Source: Candidatus Latescibacterota bacterium
GTDB taxonomy: Bacteria; Latescibacterota; UBA2968; UBA8231
DNA: 64,000 nt
NCBI GenBank assembly: GCA_965223905.1
Contig: CBDCXV010000010.1
Coordinates: 1,536,001 to 1,600,000, forward strand
Direction: 5' to 3'
Part shown: one piece after another, positions 41,209-51,822 of the stretch
Position numbering within the stretch: position 1 is the stretch's first letter
Layout: each line of letters opens with the position of its first letter
Translations under genes and position numbers: made by a program
Notes under the pieces: generated by a model
What the model was told of the DNA's origin: nothing
The model's input: the letters and a program-made list of their open reading frames with translations, nothing else
Databases searched by the model: none

Positions 41209-42039
41209 CACCATGTTGTCCTCGATATCCCCGGGGTCCTCCATCGAACCGCTGCCGACCACGCGCCCGAGGTGCACCCCTCTGTCCGCTGCGGCGCGGA
41301 ACAGCGCGTCAATGGCGTCCTCGACTTCGGGGAGGTCCCCCTCGCGCAGGATGGCGTCGAAGGGGCCGACGAACCCGCAGGCCTTGTTGCGGCCCTGGGC
41401 GGCCATCAGGTCGAGCAGCCGGTCGCGCAGGTCCGTATCGATGATGTACTCGGCGGTTTCGAACTGCAGCCAGCCCTGGGTTTCGGTCTCGGCACCGCGC
41501 AGGGAATCCGGGGTGAAGCACATGGTGCGGTCGCCGGTGCGCACCGGGTAGCCGCCGCGGTCGACCGCGGTCGCCTGCCCGGGTACGGGGAACTGGACCG
41601 ACCGGTAGAACACCTCCGCCTCCTCGTAGGTGGTGCCGTACGGCCTCATGGTGGCGCGCGCGCCGAGCTGGAACGCGTCGCCGTGGGAGCTCAGGGCCTC
41701 GCGGTGCAGGCGCTGGACCGCGAGCAGACCGAGGCGGCACTCCGCGGCGTTCTGCTCGGTCCCGTACCAGCCCTCGCGCTGCCGGTGCTCCGCGTCGTTG
41801 ACGATCCAGGAGAAACCTGCCTTGGCCCAGGCGTGGGCTTCGCTCTCGCGGAACTGGTGCCACGGGATGTCGTTGAAGATCCCCAGGAGGGGAGGGGTCT
41901 CGGCCACGGATGCATGGCGGTCGAGGACCTCCTTCAGCGGGTTGCGGCCCGGGTGGGAAACGTAGGCATGCGCCCGGCGGGCGAACTCGGCGACCTCGAG
42001 CGGACGCGAGCCGCCGACAGCCTCGGTAGCAGTTGTCAT
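41086..42039 (-). CDS. Divergent HpcH/HpaI aldolase-like TIM-barrel protein
   Basis: AGFSWIVNDAEH, QFET, FVGPFD resemble the HpcH motifs GFD..DxEH, QIET, GPxD. Confidence 0.6.
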   Translation of the reverse strand: MTTATEAVGGSRPLEVAEFARRAHAYVSHPGRNPLKEVLDRHASVAETPPLLGIFNDIPWHQFRESEAHAWAKAGFSWIVNDAEHRQREGWYGTEQNAAECRLGLLAVQRLHREALSSHGDAFQLGARATMRPYGTTYEEAEVFYRSVQFPVPGQATAVDRGGYPVRTGDRTMCFTPDSLRGAETETQGWLQFETAEYIIDTDLRDRLLDLMAAQGRNKACGFVGPFDAILREGDLPEVEDAIDALFRAAADRGVHLGRVVGSGSMEDPGDIEDNMVRAMENGCRLLCVHPMTSDLPLRGAMAVSEPFFRAAERCGF

Positions 42040-42040
42040 C

Positions 42041-42814
42041 TCAGTCCTTTCCGTGAGCCGCCCGCTCGCGAGCCGCTCTCTGGTCTCCGGGAAACCGGCA
42101 GCCGCGGCGCAGGCAACAGCCGCGGCATTCCGGCTTGGCGCGGCAGCGTTCTACCGCGTGCCGAACCAGGAGGGCGTGGTACTCCTCGAACAGACCGGCG
42201 TCGGCCGGCAGCGCCGAGGTGAACAGGGTCTGCAGCTCCTCGTAGCGGACTCCGTTTTCGACCCAGCCGAGCCGGGAGCAGATGCGCCGAGTGTAGGCGT
42301 CGACGACGAAACAGGGATGGCCGCCGGCGTACAGCAGGATGGAGTCCGCGGTCTCCGGTCCGACCCCCATCAGGGAGAGCAGCTCGCCGCGCAGGGAGGC
42401 GGTGGGCCGGCGCAGCATCGCGGTGGTGCTGCCCCCGTAGTTCTCCACCACGTGGCCTGCGAGTCCGCGCAACCGCTCCGCCTTCTGATTGTAGTACCCG
42501 GAAGATCGAATCACTTCCGCAAGCTTCTCGACAGGTACCCCGCACAGTTTCCGGGGAGTCCGGATCCGCCGCCGGGCGAGGGCGGTCAGCGCCTGCTCGG
42601 CGTTGTGCCAGGAGGTGTTCTGCGTGAGGATCGCCCCGACGACGATCTCCCAGCGCTCGCGGTCGCTCAAGCGGCGCCGTGTCGCACCCGGGTAGTACCG
42701 GGGAGTGATCTCGTTTTCCGGGGTCGTCGGCCACCAGCCCTGGGGGCCGTAACAGTCGTGGAGTCTTTTGAACAGGGTGCGCGGTTTCAAGGACCGGAAA
42801 ATCGCCCGCCGCAC
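42041..42814 (-). CDS. Endonuclease III-related HhH-GPD glycosylase
   Basis: GAILTQNT, GVGPETADSI, VVDAYTRR, C-terminal Cys cluster. Confidence 0.88.
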   Translation of the reverse strand: MRRAIFRSLKPRTLFKRLHDCYGPQGWWPTTPENEITPRYYPGATRRRLSDRERWEIVVGAILTQNTSWHNAEQALTALARRRIRTPRKLCGVPVEKLAEVIRSSGYYNQKAERLRGLAGHVVENYGGSTTAMLRRPTASLRGELLSLMGVGPETADSILLYAGGHPCFVVDAYTRRICSRLGWVENGVRYEELQTLFTSALPADAGLFEEYHALLVRHAVERCRAKPECRGCCLRRGCRFPGDQRAARERAAHGKD

Positions 42815-42879
42815 TCTGGCAGGTCAAGGCGGGCGCGCCTAAATTGACCGCCTTTGCAACGAACCGGAAAGGGTGAATC

Positions 42880-43968
42880 ATGACGGAAAAGACCTACAAG
42901 GCCGCGGCGATCGGCCACACCGGGGCAGGCGGCTTCGGCCACGGGCTGCACCTGGCGTACGAGGGAAACGAGCGCGTCGAATTCGTCGCCGTGAGCGACC
43001 CGGACGAGGAGGGCCGGGCAAAGGCGCAGCAGGAGACCGCTGCCCCGCGCTCCTATGCCGATCACGAGCGGATGCTCGCCGGCGAGGAGCTCGACATCGT
43101 CAGCGTCGGCCCGCGCTGGCCCGGCTGCCACGTCGAGCTGGTGACCGCCTGCATGGAGGCCGGAGCCCACGTGTACTGCGAGAAACCGATGACCTCCAAC
43201 CTGGCCGACGGAGACCTTCTGGTCTCCAGGGCTGAGCAGCTGGGAAAGAAGATCGCCGTAGCCCACCAGGGGGTGTACCTGCCGCAGGCGCGCGCCGTGA
43301 GGGAGGCGCTTGAAGGCGGCAGGATCGGCGACGTGCAGGCGGTGTACGCCCACGGCAAGCAGGACCGGCGCGGCGGCGGCGAGGACATGATGGTGCTGGG
43401 GACCCACCTGTTCAACATGATGCGGTATCTCCTCGGCGACGTGCGCTGGATGTCCGGGCACGTCAGCGTCGAGGGCCGGGAGGCCACCCCTGCGGACGTG
43501 CGCAAGCCGACCGAGCCGATAGGACCGGTGGCCGGGGACAGCATCCACTCCTACTTCGCCTTCCAGTCCGGGGTCAGCGGCCATTTCGATTCCCGCGTCG
43601 AGGCTTCCGGCGGCGACGGCATGCGCATGGGCCTGGAGATCGTCGGCAGCGGCGGCATCCTGGCGCTTCGGGGCGGGAGCCCGGACGGGGCGATGCTGTA
43701 TCCCCACGGGACCTTCATGCCCGGCGATCCCGGCCAGGCCTGGGTGCCGCTGCTCGAGCCAGGGGACGGCTCCCTGGGGACGGGCAACCAGCTGGCGATC
43801 GCCGACCTGATTGAAGCGCTGGAGACCGACCGCAAGCCGGTCTCCAGCGCCTCCGACGCGGTCGCCGCCCTCGAGATGATCCTCGGGGCCTACGAGTCGC
43901 ACATCACCGGGGGGCGGGTGGAGCTGCCGATGGCGAACCGCAGCCATCCCCTGCTGGCCTGGAAGTGA
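42880..43968 (+). CDS. Gfo/Idh/MocA family oxidoreductase
   Basis: HVYCEKP, GTHLFN; Rossmann N-terminus. Confidence 0.9.
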   Translation: MTEKTYKAAAIGHTGAGGFGHGLHLAYEGNERVEFVAVSDPDEEGRAKAQQETAAPRSYADHERMLAGEELDIVSVGPRWPGCHVELVTACMEAGAHVYCEKPMTSNLADGDLLVSRAEQLGKKIAVAHQGVYLPQARAVREALEGGRIGDVQAVYAHGKQDRRGGGEDMMVLGTHLFNMMRYLLGDVRWMSGHVSVEGREATPADVRKPTEPIGPVAGDSIHSYFAFQSGVSGHFDSRVEASGGDGMRMGLEIVGSGGILALRGGSPDGAMLYPHGTFMPGDPGQAWVPLLEPGDGSLGTGNQLAIADLIEALETDRKPVSSASDAVAALEMILGAYESHITGGRVELPMANRSHPLLAWK

Positions 43969-45422
43969 CGATGCCGGGCCGCACCGTCCCGCACGAGGTC
44001 ATTCCCAGCTCGAACCTGCCGCCGGTCTCGTACCGCGACCTGCCGGAAGCCCCTCCCTGGAAGAGGCTGATCGGCCCGAGCCTGCTGCTGCTCGGGCTTT
44101 CGATCGGCAGCGGCGAGTTCGTGCTCTGGCCCTACATCTCCTACAAGTTCGGCTTCGCGGTGTTCTGGGCCTGCATGGTCGGCATCACCACCCAGTACTT
44201 CATCAACATGGAGATCGAGCGCTGGACCCTGGCGACCGGGGAGACGGCGATCACAGGGTTCTGCCGCCTGTGGAAGCACTGGGCAGGCATCTTCCTGCTG
44301 TGCAACATCGTCCCCTGGGTGTGGCCCGGCTGGGCCTCCGGGGCGGCGACGATAATGACCTGGGAGCTGGGGGGCGGCGAGGGAGTGCGGGTGGCGTATT
44401 CGATCGCCAGCCTGATCGCCGTCGGCCTGGCGCTGACCCTGGGTCCGGTGGTCTACAACACCGTCGAGAAGATCCAGATGATCCTGATCGCCGCGATCTT
44501 CCTGGCGATGATCGCGCTGTTCTTCCTCGTGGTGAGGATGACCCACGTCGCCGACATGTTCGCAGGCATCCTCAACGTCGGCCACGTCCCGGAGGGCATG
44601 GAGCTGCCCCTGCTGCTCGGCGCCATAGCGTTCGCCGGGGCCGGGGGGACGATGAACCTGGTGCAGAGCGACTACGTGCGCGAGAAGGGGTACGCCATGG
44701 GCCGCTTCGCCGGGCGCCTGACGAGCCCGCTGACAGGCAGGGAAGAGGTCGTCGCCGGGGTCGGCTACCACTTCGAGGCGACGCCGGAAAACGCCAGCCG
44801 CTGGCGCGCCTGGTGGAAGGCCGCCAACAGGGAGCACCTGCTCAGCTTCTACATGCTGTCCGTGGTTTCGCTGATAATGCTGTCCCTCATAGCCTACGCG
44901 ACCACCCGCCACCTGCCGGAGCTCGGAAGCGGGATCGGCTTCATCCGCGTCGAAGGGGAGTTCATCGGCGACCAGTACGGGGCCCTGTTCGAGCACGCCT
45001 TCCTGTGGATGGGAGTCGCCATCCTGCTGACGACGGAGCTGGGGCTGCTCGACGCCTGCGCCCGCATCTCGACCGACATCATCAAGGTGAACTGGCTGCG
45101 GGACAGCGAGCGCTGGCCCGACAACCGGCTCTACTTCGCCCTGCTGTGGGGGCAGATCGCGCTCGGCTGCCTCATCATGCTGGCGGGCCTCGCGGTTCCC
45201 GGCTTCACCCAGCCGCTGGTGCTGCTCGTGCTCAGCGCCTCGCTGAACGGGGGGGTGATGCTGCTCTACTCGGTGCTGCTGCTGTGGATGAACAACCGCA
45301 TCCTCGGGGCGGGCTTGAAGATGTCGGTGGTCCGCTTCGCCGCCATCGTCTGGTCCTGCGCCTTCTTCGGGTATTTCACCATCATCACGCTGAACAACCA
45401 GCTGCCGAGGCTGTTCGGCTGA
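43965..45422 (+). CDS. Nramp/APC-like multi-TM transporter
   Basis: GPSLLL..IGSGE..WP, ERWTLATGE; many TM segments. Confidence 0.75.
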   Translation: MTMPGRTVPHEVIPSSNLPPVSYRDLPEAPPWKRLIGPSLLLLGLSIGSGEFVLWPYISYKFGFAVFWACMVGITTQYFINMEIERWTLATGETAITGFCRLWKHWAGIFLLCNIVPWVWPGWASGAATIMTWELGGGEGVRVAYSIASLIAVGLALTLGPVVYNTVEKIQMILIAAIFLAMIALFFLVVRMTHVADMFAGILNVGHVPEGMELPLLLGAIAFAGAGGTMNLVQSDYVREKGYAMGRFAGRLTSPLTGREEVVAGVGYHFEATPENASRWRAWWKAANREHLLSFYMLSVVSLIMLSLIAYATTRHLPELGSGIGFIRVEGEFIGDQYGALFEHAFLWMGVAILLTTELGLLDACARISTDIIKVNWLRDSERWPDNRLYFALLWGQIALGCLIMLAGLAVPGFTQPLVLLVLSASLNGGVMLLYSVLLLWMNNRILGAGLKMSVVRFAAIVWSCAFFGYFTIITLNNQLPRLFG

Positions 45423-45644
45423 GGTGCCGCGGGCTGGCCGCCCGCTTGATGCCGGTCTCTTGCGGCAGAAACCTGGCCGGATGCAGGCGGGTTACCGGGC
45501 TGGCTACGCACCGCCTTCCTGAAACGCCGCCAATCCGGCCGAAGGCTGTGCAGGCGCGCGATCGTTCGGGTCTGTCCCCGGTAGGCGCATTCAGGGTGCT
45601 CCCGGCCAACCAGCCGCCTTGAAGCCCCCAGGGCCTGCGGAAGC

Positions 45645-47219
45645 CTACACGCGATAGGCGAACAGCTTGGCCCCGAGCATGCGCACCCGGATGCCGACCG
45701 CCTCGCCGGCCGCGGAGATGTCCGAACGGCCCTTCCAGGTCACCACCCGGTCCTCGCAGTTCCCCGTCAGGCGGTCGCACTCGTCGAAGCTGAATCCCGG
45801 CAGCGGGTCGGCGTCGGGGAGCATCAGCGACGGCAGCTTCTCGAGCAGCTCGATCTGGATCCAGCCTCCCGGCTCGCAACGGTAGTTGAGGCGCAGCTCG
45901 TCGTGGACCCGGAACAGGGAGGGCAGGGAGAAGCTGCCTTCGGTCTCGGCGCGGATCCCGCAGAACCGGTGCGGGCGCCAGCGCGCCCAGCGGATCTGCT
46001 GCGGCTGACGCGACGGGAAGAGCTCCGGCAGCTTCTCTTCCGGGCAGTCGTGGATGACGGAGAAGGAGGCGTACGGACAGGCCCAGTACCCGTCGGGCAG
46101 CTCGACGATGCCGCTGCGCCAGAAGTGGGCCATGCACTCGTCGCCGTCCCCCTCGGCGCCCAGCGGCAGGATCGGCCGGCGCTCGGGGCGGGACCAGTAG
46201 AGGCCGTCGCGGCTGAAGGCGATCTGGCCGTCGATGGTGCTGGCGATCTGGTGGTAGACCGGGATGAGCATGCCGTGCAGGTCGTCGCGGCCCGGGTACG
46301 GGAAGTAGTTGGCGCCGTAGAAGCTGATGTCGGGCGGGTCCTCGCTGTCGGGGTGATGGACCAGCTTGGGAGCGGGCCAGCGGGTGAAGTCGTCGGTGCG
46401 CGAGAAGCCGATGGTGCGGATCTGCATGCCCTGCTCGAGCCGGTTGACGCCGATGCCGTCGAGGAGTCCGGCCGGGTACCCCATCAGCTGGATGTAGGCG
46501 AAGTAGTTGCCGCGGTGCTCGTCGTAACGCGCCGATATGCCGCCGTTGACGGGCCGCCTCGCCAGCGGCTCGGCCAGCGGCGTCCAGCGCACGCCGTCGG
46601 GTGAGGTCCAGGCGAGCATGTCGCCGGCGATCTCCGCCCTGGGGCCGGCGTAATCCGCCTGCTCCTGCTCCGCCTTGATGCGCCGGGAGGGTTCCTCTCC
46701 GGACAGCTCCTCCCCGGTCTCCGGGTCGCACCAGTACATGCGGCCCCCCATCGCCTTGAAGCGCTCTTCGGGAGGGGCGCTCGGATCCTCGAAGATCCCA
46801 GTGGTGCCTTCGCACGGGCGGGAGATCAGGTTGTTCGCGGTCGAGCCGTTGAACTCGACCGCGTCGAGCTCGGGCCGCGTCCAGTTGTAGGCATCGTCGC
46901 TGACCGCGTAGCACTGGCCCCCTTCGCTGCCGTAGAGCATGTGGAGGCGCCCGTCCCGCTGCCAGACGTAGAGCGGCGAGAGGTGAATGCCCTCCCACTC
47001 CTTCTCCGCCTGCAGGATCGGCTCTGACTTGAGCGCCTCCTCGATCTCGAAGCGGATCCCCAGCGGGGCGTCGTAGAGCTCGAGCTCGCCATCCCTGCTG
47101 GAGCCGCGGTGCCCGGGGAAGACGTCGATCATGTCGACCAGGGGACTCCAGGCTCCGGAGTTCAGGCGGATGCGCGGCGGGCGGCGTTTGTAACCCTTCT
47201 TTTCGCTGCTGTCGGTCAT
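45645..47219 (-). CDS. Hypothetical glycoside-hydrolase-like beta-propeller protein
   Basis: Asp-box-like motifs SDDAYNW, SPDGVRW, TDDFTRW, SRDGLYW. Confidence 0.65.
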   Translation of the reverse strand: MTDSSEKKGYKRRPPRIRLNSGAWSPLVDMIDVFPGHRGSSRDGELELYDAPLGIRFEIEEALKSEPILQAEKEWEGIHLSPLYVWQRDGRLHMLYGSEGGQCYAVSDDAYNWTRPELDAVEFNGSTANNLISRPCEGTTGIFEDPSAPPEERFKAMGGRMYWCDPETGEELSGEEPSRRIKAEQEQADYAGPRAEIAGDMLAWTSPDGVRWTPLAEPLARRPVNGGISARYDEHRGNYFAYIQLMGYPAGLLDGIGVNRLEQGMQIRTIGFSRTDDFTRWPAPKLVHHPDSEDPPDISFYGANYFPYPGRDDLHGMLIPVYHQIASTIDGQIAFSRDGLYWSRPERRPILPLGAEGDGDECMAHFWRSGIVELPDGYWACPYASFSVIHDCPEEKLPELFPSRQPQQIRWARWRPHRFCGIRAETEGSFSLPSLFRVHDELRLNYRCEPGGWIQIELLEKLPSLMLPDADPLPGFSFDECDRLTGNCEDRVVTWKGRSDISAAGEAVGIRVRMLGAKLFAYRV

Positions 47220-47633
47220 CGGGCAGTCCTTCGGCAAGCTGTCGATGGGACCAGAAGGTAGGCCAACCCGGGCTTGTACGCCGGGGCGGACGGGTGCCGC
47301 CGGGCCGGGTCCGAGTGCGAAAAGAGGGCGCAGCCAGCCGAACAGAGCGACGGCCGGATTCAGGCGGACCTGCCCGCGCCGACACTGGAAAAACAACGGC
47401 CCCGAAGCCGGATGACGCCGCCGGGATTCGCGGCCAGGGAGGTCGACGCAGGGTGTCCCATCGGTTTGATTGGGCGACTTCGACGCGGCCCCCCGGGGCG
47501 TCAGGCGGTCGCGGACCACCGAGGTCTCACCCGGACGGCCATTCTCCTTTCAGGGCGGCATCGCGGAGATCAGGGGCAGGAGGTTCCTCGGTTCCAAGAC
47601 GCGGTTCCGATCCCGTGACGAAGCGTGGCGTGA

Positions 47634-47879
47634 CAGGGAGACTGCCGCACCTGGTACGATCCGCACCGCGAGCAGGCGGACATCGACCGGTCGCTCCGGT
47701 GGGTGCTGTCCCAGCCGGTGCACACCGCCCCGAGCTGCGGCGAGGTGAGCCTGCTGCCCAGGGTGCTGGACGCCGCCGAACGGTTCGCCGCCATGACCCT
47801 GGAAGAGCAGCAGGCCGCGGTCGCAGCGCAGCATCCCCCGGTGCCGCTCCCGGAGCTGGCGATTCCCGCCGAGGGGTGA
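47634..47879 (+). pseudogene. C-terminal fragment of an aldo/keto reductase-like gene
   Basis: Start-less frame TWYDPHREQADIDRSLRWVLSQPVHTAPSCGEVSLLPRVLDAAERF..*; not in the ORF track. Confidence 0.55.
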
Positions 47880-47915
47880 GCTGCCATCCCCTGAACCGGG
47901 GGCTCGGACAGGGGC

Positions 47916-48869
47916 TCAGTCGGCGTAGCGGCCGAACCGCACGGCAGATCTTCCGCGGCGCAGGCGCCGCGACGGCATGACGAGGACACAGTCCGGATAG
48001 GGAGTCCGGATCGCCCGGTCTCCGTCCCAGGCGATGACGGTGCCCTGGTCCGGAATGACCTCCAGGCCCTGGTACTCCTCGACGAACCGGAAACAATCGC
48101 TCTCGATGGTCACCGGTCCGCTCACCTCGATGATCCGTTGCGCCTCCTGCGCGGTCCGCGGAAGCCGCTCCTCGACCCATTGGCGCTCCACCGCTCCGGA
48201 GCAGGCCAGGAACCGCAGCGCAACCTCGATGGCTGTCTCCGCGGTCCGGCGCGACCAGTGCTGACCGCACTCGACGAGCAGGGCATTGCGGGTGCTCCGG
48301 GGATCCCCGAAGGCGGCGTAGTCGCGCAGCCGCGTGCCCGCGGCGTGGCCCGCGTCACGGACGACATGGCCCGGGGTGCCGACGTCGAGGGCGAGGCGCC
48401 TCCCCTTGGCGAGGGGGCCGGCGAGCATCAACGGCGACGCCGCGTGCTGCATGGAATGGATGTCGAGCAACAGGTCGACGGTGTCGACCAGCGGGCGAAC
48501 CTCCCTGGCGCGCCGGAGCTCGACGCTGTCGCGGGGGCCGTCGAGCACCTCGGCGGACCAGACCCGGTTCAAATCCTCGTCGACGAAGCGCGATTCCAAC
48601 GGGTCTCCGGGATCGAACCGGGCGTAGGCCGCGACGTTCATGAAAGCCAGGGTGAGTTTGCCCCGGCGCAGGGAGGCTTCTTCGCGCAGCAGGTAGTCGA
48701 GAGCGTGCGCGCCGCAGGGCTCGTTGCCGTGCACCAGGGCGCTCACCATCACATGGGAGCCGGGTACGCCGCTGTCGAGAGTCGTCACGTACTCGATACC
48801 GGTATTTCCAATGCGATACGGCGAGATGTCGAGCGCATCGAGCTCGACCGGGTACAGGTTGTCGATCAT
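47916..48869 (-). CDS. Succinylglutamate desuccinylase/aspartoacylase (M14) family
   Basis: HGNEPCG, DLNRVW, LDIHS, VECGQH. Confidence 0.88.
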   Translation of the reverse strand: MIDNLYPVELDALDISPYRIGNTGIEYVTTLDSGVPGSHVMVSALVHGNEPCGAHALDYLLREEASLRRGKLTLAFMNVAAYARFDPGDPLESRFVDEDLNRVWSAEVLDGPRDSVELRRAREVRPLVDTVDLLLDIHSMQHAASPLMLAGPLAKGRRLALDVGTPGHVVRDAGHAAGTRLRDYAAFGDPRSTRNALLVECGQHWSRRTAETAIEVALRFLACSGAVERQWVEERLPRTAQEAQRIIEVSGPVTIESDCFRFVEEYQGLEVIPDQGTVIAWDGDRAIRTPYPDCVLVMPSRRLRRGRSAVRFGRYAD

Positions 48870-49051
48870 TCAGCAGGTCGATACGGAGGAGGGGGTGAAA
48901 TGGGCTGCCGACCGGAAGGAGCGCTGGAGGGAGGTGGCCCGGTCCCGGGCCGCGGGATGACCCCGGCCATCCTCCCTACCGGCCTGTGGGCCCCGGCCGC
49001 TTTCCCTTTTTCCGGTACATTAACCGAGACCAATACTCGAGGAGAAACGAG

Positions 49052-50029
49052 ATGATCGAGATCGCCGAAGTCCTGCCCTCCCACCCGACGCCCCTTTGGA
49101 GAATGGTAAAGCAATGCGGCGTCGACCACGTGGTCGGCAGCTTCGCCATCCCCGGGGACCCAGCCGGGGTCCACCCCGAGCAGCGGCCCTGGAGCTATAC
49201 CAACCTCGTCAGGATGAAAACCGCGTTCAACGACGGCGGCTTCTCCCTCGACGTCATCGAGAGCCGCCCGCCCCTCGACAAGGCGAAGCTGGGTCTGTCG
49301 GACCGGGACGAGGAGATCGAGTACGCCTGCGAGCTGATCCGCAACCTGGGCAGGCTCGGCATTCCGGTCTGGTGCACGGAGTGGATGCCGGTGCTCAACT
49401 GGACCCGCACGTCGATGGCCGCCCCCGGGCGCGGCGGCGCCATGGTCACCGGCTTCGACAACGAGCTGATGAAGAACGCCCCCCTGACCGAGGCCGGCGT
49501 CGTCACCGAGGAGCAGCTCTGGGACAACCTGGAGTACTTCCTCGAAAAGGTCGTGCCGGTCGCCGAGGAAGCCGGGGTCCGGCTCGCCATGCACCCCGAC
49601 GATCCGCCCCTGTCACCGCTGCGCGGAATGGGGCGGATCATGCGCAGCGTCGAAAACTACCAGAAGCTCCTCGACCTGGTGCCGAGTTCGGCCAACGGCA
49701 TCTGCCTGTGCCAGGGCAACTTCACCCTGATGACGGAGGATTTGCCCGGAGTCATCCGCCACTTCGGGAACCGCATCCATTTCGTCCACTTCCGCGACGT
49801 GCGCGGCAAGCCCGAAAAATTCGTCGAGACCTTCCACGACGAAGGTCAGACCGACATGCGCGCCTGCATGGAAGCCTACCGCGACATCGGCTTCGAGGGG
49901 GTGCTGCGCCCCGACCACGTGCCGACCATGGAGGGGGACCGGAACGACAGCCCGGGCTACTCGTCGATCGGGCGCCTGTTCGCCATCGGCTATATCAAGG
50001 GGCTGCGCGAGGCGGTGTACGCAGGGTGA
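49052..50029 (+). CDS. uxuA: Mannonate dehydratase
   Basis: WMPVLNWTRT, AMHPDDPP, HFVHFRDV, RPDHVP, GRLFAIGY. Confidence 0.9.
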   Translation: MIEIAEVLPSHPTPLWRMVKQCGVDHVVGSFAIPGDPAGVHPEQRPWSYTNLVRMKTAFNDGGFSLDVIESRPPLDKAKLGLSDRDEEIEYACELIRNLGRLGIPVWCTEWMPVLNWTRTSMAAPGRGGAMVTGFDNELMKNAPLTEAGVVTEEQLWDNLEYFLEKVVPVAEEAGVRLAMHPDDPPLSPLRGMGRIMRSVENYQKLLDLVPSSANGICLCQGNFTLMTEDLPGVIRHFGNRIHFVHFRDVRGKPEKFVETFHDEGQTDMRACMEAYRDIGFEGVLRPDHVPTMEGDRNDSPGYSSIGRLFAIGYIKGLREAVYAG

Positions 50030-50124
50030 CGAAGGCGGGCGGGGTCCCTTTGCCCGGGCACCCTTGCCCCGTGCACCGGCGCACGGCATAGTTGCAGGCT
50101 TCTGACGAAACAGGGAGGCAAACC

Positions 50125-51156
50125 ATGAGCCAGTGGAAGTGGACGGATGCGCGCCAGCTCTGCGTCGAGGGACGGGGTTGGGAGGATACGAAAGAGTTCT
50201 TCAACCGGCTCCCAACGCGGGCGGAAGCCATCGTGCGCCCGGAGATCTGGGACCTGAGCCGCCATACTACCGGGATCACGGTGCGGTTCTCGTCGAATGC
50301 AAGGGAAATCCGGGCGCGGTGGTCGTTGGGAGATCCCACCCTCAGCGTCAACCACACGCCGATCTACGCGTACAGCGGCCTCGATCTGTATGCGAAAACC
50401 CCCGAGGGAAGCTGGCGCTGGGTCGGGCAGGCGACGACCATCTCCCAGCACGCCGAATCCATACTCACTCCGTATGGAGACCTCGACGGCGACCTGCACG
50501 AGTTCCGTCTCTATCTCCCCATATACAACGCGGTGACCTCTCTCGAAATCGGCGTGCCGGCGACGGCCGCGATCGAAACGGAGGCCCCCCGTCCGGAGCG
50601 GGCGATCGCTTACTACGGTACCTCCATCGTTCACGGCGCCGGCGCCTCCCGCCCCGGCATGACTCACGCGGCCATTCTCGGGCGCCGTCTCGACTATCCC
50701 CTCCTCAACCTGGGATTCTCCGGCAACGCCATCATGGAGCCGGAGGTCGCCCGGTTCCTGGCGGAACTGAATGTGGTTGCCTACGTCCTCGATCCGCTTC
50801 CCAACATGCCGGCGGAGAGGATCGACGGCTTTGCCAGGGAGTTCGTCCGCATCATCCGCGGGGCTCATCCCCGGACTCCGATCGTTCTGGTCGAGGACAG
50901 GGGCTATCCGGCCGGCTGGATAACCCCGGGCAGCAGGCGGGAAAACATCGAACGCCGCCGCTCGCTGAAGCTTGCGTTCGCCGACTTGCTCAACGAATCC
51001 GCGGGCCCACTCCACTATATCGAAGGGGAGGGGTTGTTGGGGATCGACGGCGACGGCACCAACGACGGGTCGCACGCGAGCGATCTGGGCGCCAGCCGCA
51101 TGGCGGACGCGCTCGAGCCTGTGCTGAAGGGGATTCTCGACGAGCGGTACCAATAG
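50125..51156 (+). CDS. SGNH/GDSL hydrolase with GxDLY N-terminal domain
   Basis: SGLDLY, YGTSI, NLGFSGN, DGSH. Confidence 0.88.
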   Translation: MSQWKWTDARQLCVEGRGWEDTKEFFNRLPTRAEAIVRPEIWDLSRHTTGITVRFSSNAREIRARWSLGDPTLSVNHTPIYAYSGLDLYAKTPEGSWRWVGQATTISQHAESILTPYGDLDGDLHEFRLYLPIYNAVTSLEIGVPATAAIETEAPRPERAIAYYGTSIVHGAGASRPGMTHAAILGRRLDYPLLNLGFSGNAIMEPEVARFLAELNVVAYVLDPLPNMPAERIDGFAREFVRIIRGAHPRTPIVLVEDRGYPAGWITPGSRRENIERRRSLKLAFADLLNESAGPLHYIEGEGLLGIDGDGTNDGSHASDLGASRMADALEPVLKGILDERYQ

Positions 51157-51309
51157 CGGGTGTTCGGGTGCTCCCGGGGTACTGCCGTGGGATTCGGCTG
51201 CTCCAGGCCGGGTGATGTCCGGCTGTCGCCGGAGCTGGGAGTAGGGCTGGCCAAAAAAAGGCGGCGCCGATCAGTCCAACCGCCGCCGCCCGATGGCCCA
51301 TGCCCTGGC

Positions 51310-51726
51310 CTAGTGGTGCGACCGGCCGCCGCCGCGCCTGCCCCTGCCACCGTGCCCGCCCCCGGATCGCTTTCCGGGGCGGTCCCGGCGCTCTTCCCGC
51401 AGCTCCTGCAGGCGCTCGAACTGCCCGTCGCTCAACACCTTTTTCAGTTCCCCCTCCGTCTCCTCGCGCAGCGCCTTCATCTGCTCCCGCGCTTCGCGCC
51501 GGGTCTCGCGGTGCTCGGCGAAGAGCTCCCTGCGCTTCTCCTTCTGGGCTGCCAGGATCGCTTCCACCTGCGTCTTCTGCTCTTCGTTGAGGTCCAGTTC
51601 CTCGAGCAGGGCGGCGTGCCCTTTCCCGCGCCGGGTCTCCTTCTCTTCGTTCTCCGAGTCCGCGGTGGCCGGAAGCGTCCCCAGGATCAGGACGGCGGCG
51701 GCGGTGATGGACGTGATGGCCTTCAT
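51310..51726 (-). CDS. Spy/CpxP-like periplasmic protein
   Basis: Signal peptide; LDLNEEQK and VLSDGQ LTxxQ-like motifs; highly charged helices. Confidence 0.7.
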   Translation of the reverse strand: MKAITSITAAAVLILGTLPATADSENEEKETRRGKGHAALLEELDLNEEQKTQVEAILAAQKEKRRELFAEHRETRREAREQMKALREETEGELKKVLSDGQFERLQELREERRDRPGKRSGGGHGGRGRRGGGRSHH

Positions 51727-51793
51727 GGCGTTCCTCCCATCGTGTGGGTTTCGGCGCGGCTGATTCCGTGCCGTTGTTTCTGCTTTCACGCGA

Positions 51794-51822
51794 TTGGACA
51801 ACGCGGATCCTTCGTTCATTCC
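51794..51822 (-). promoter_or_regulatory. Putative ECF (sigmaE-type) promoter
   Basis: Minus strand GGAATGA-N16-GTCCAA upstream of the Spy-like gene. Confidence 0.5.
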
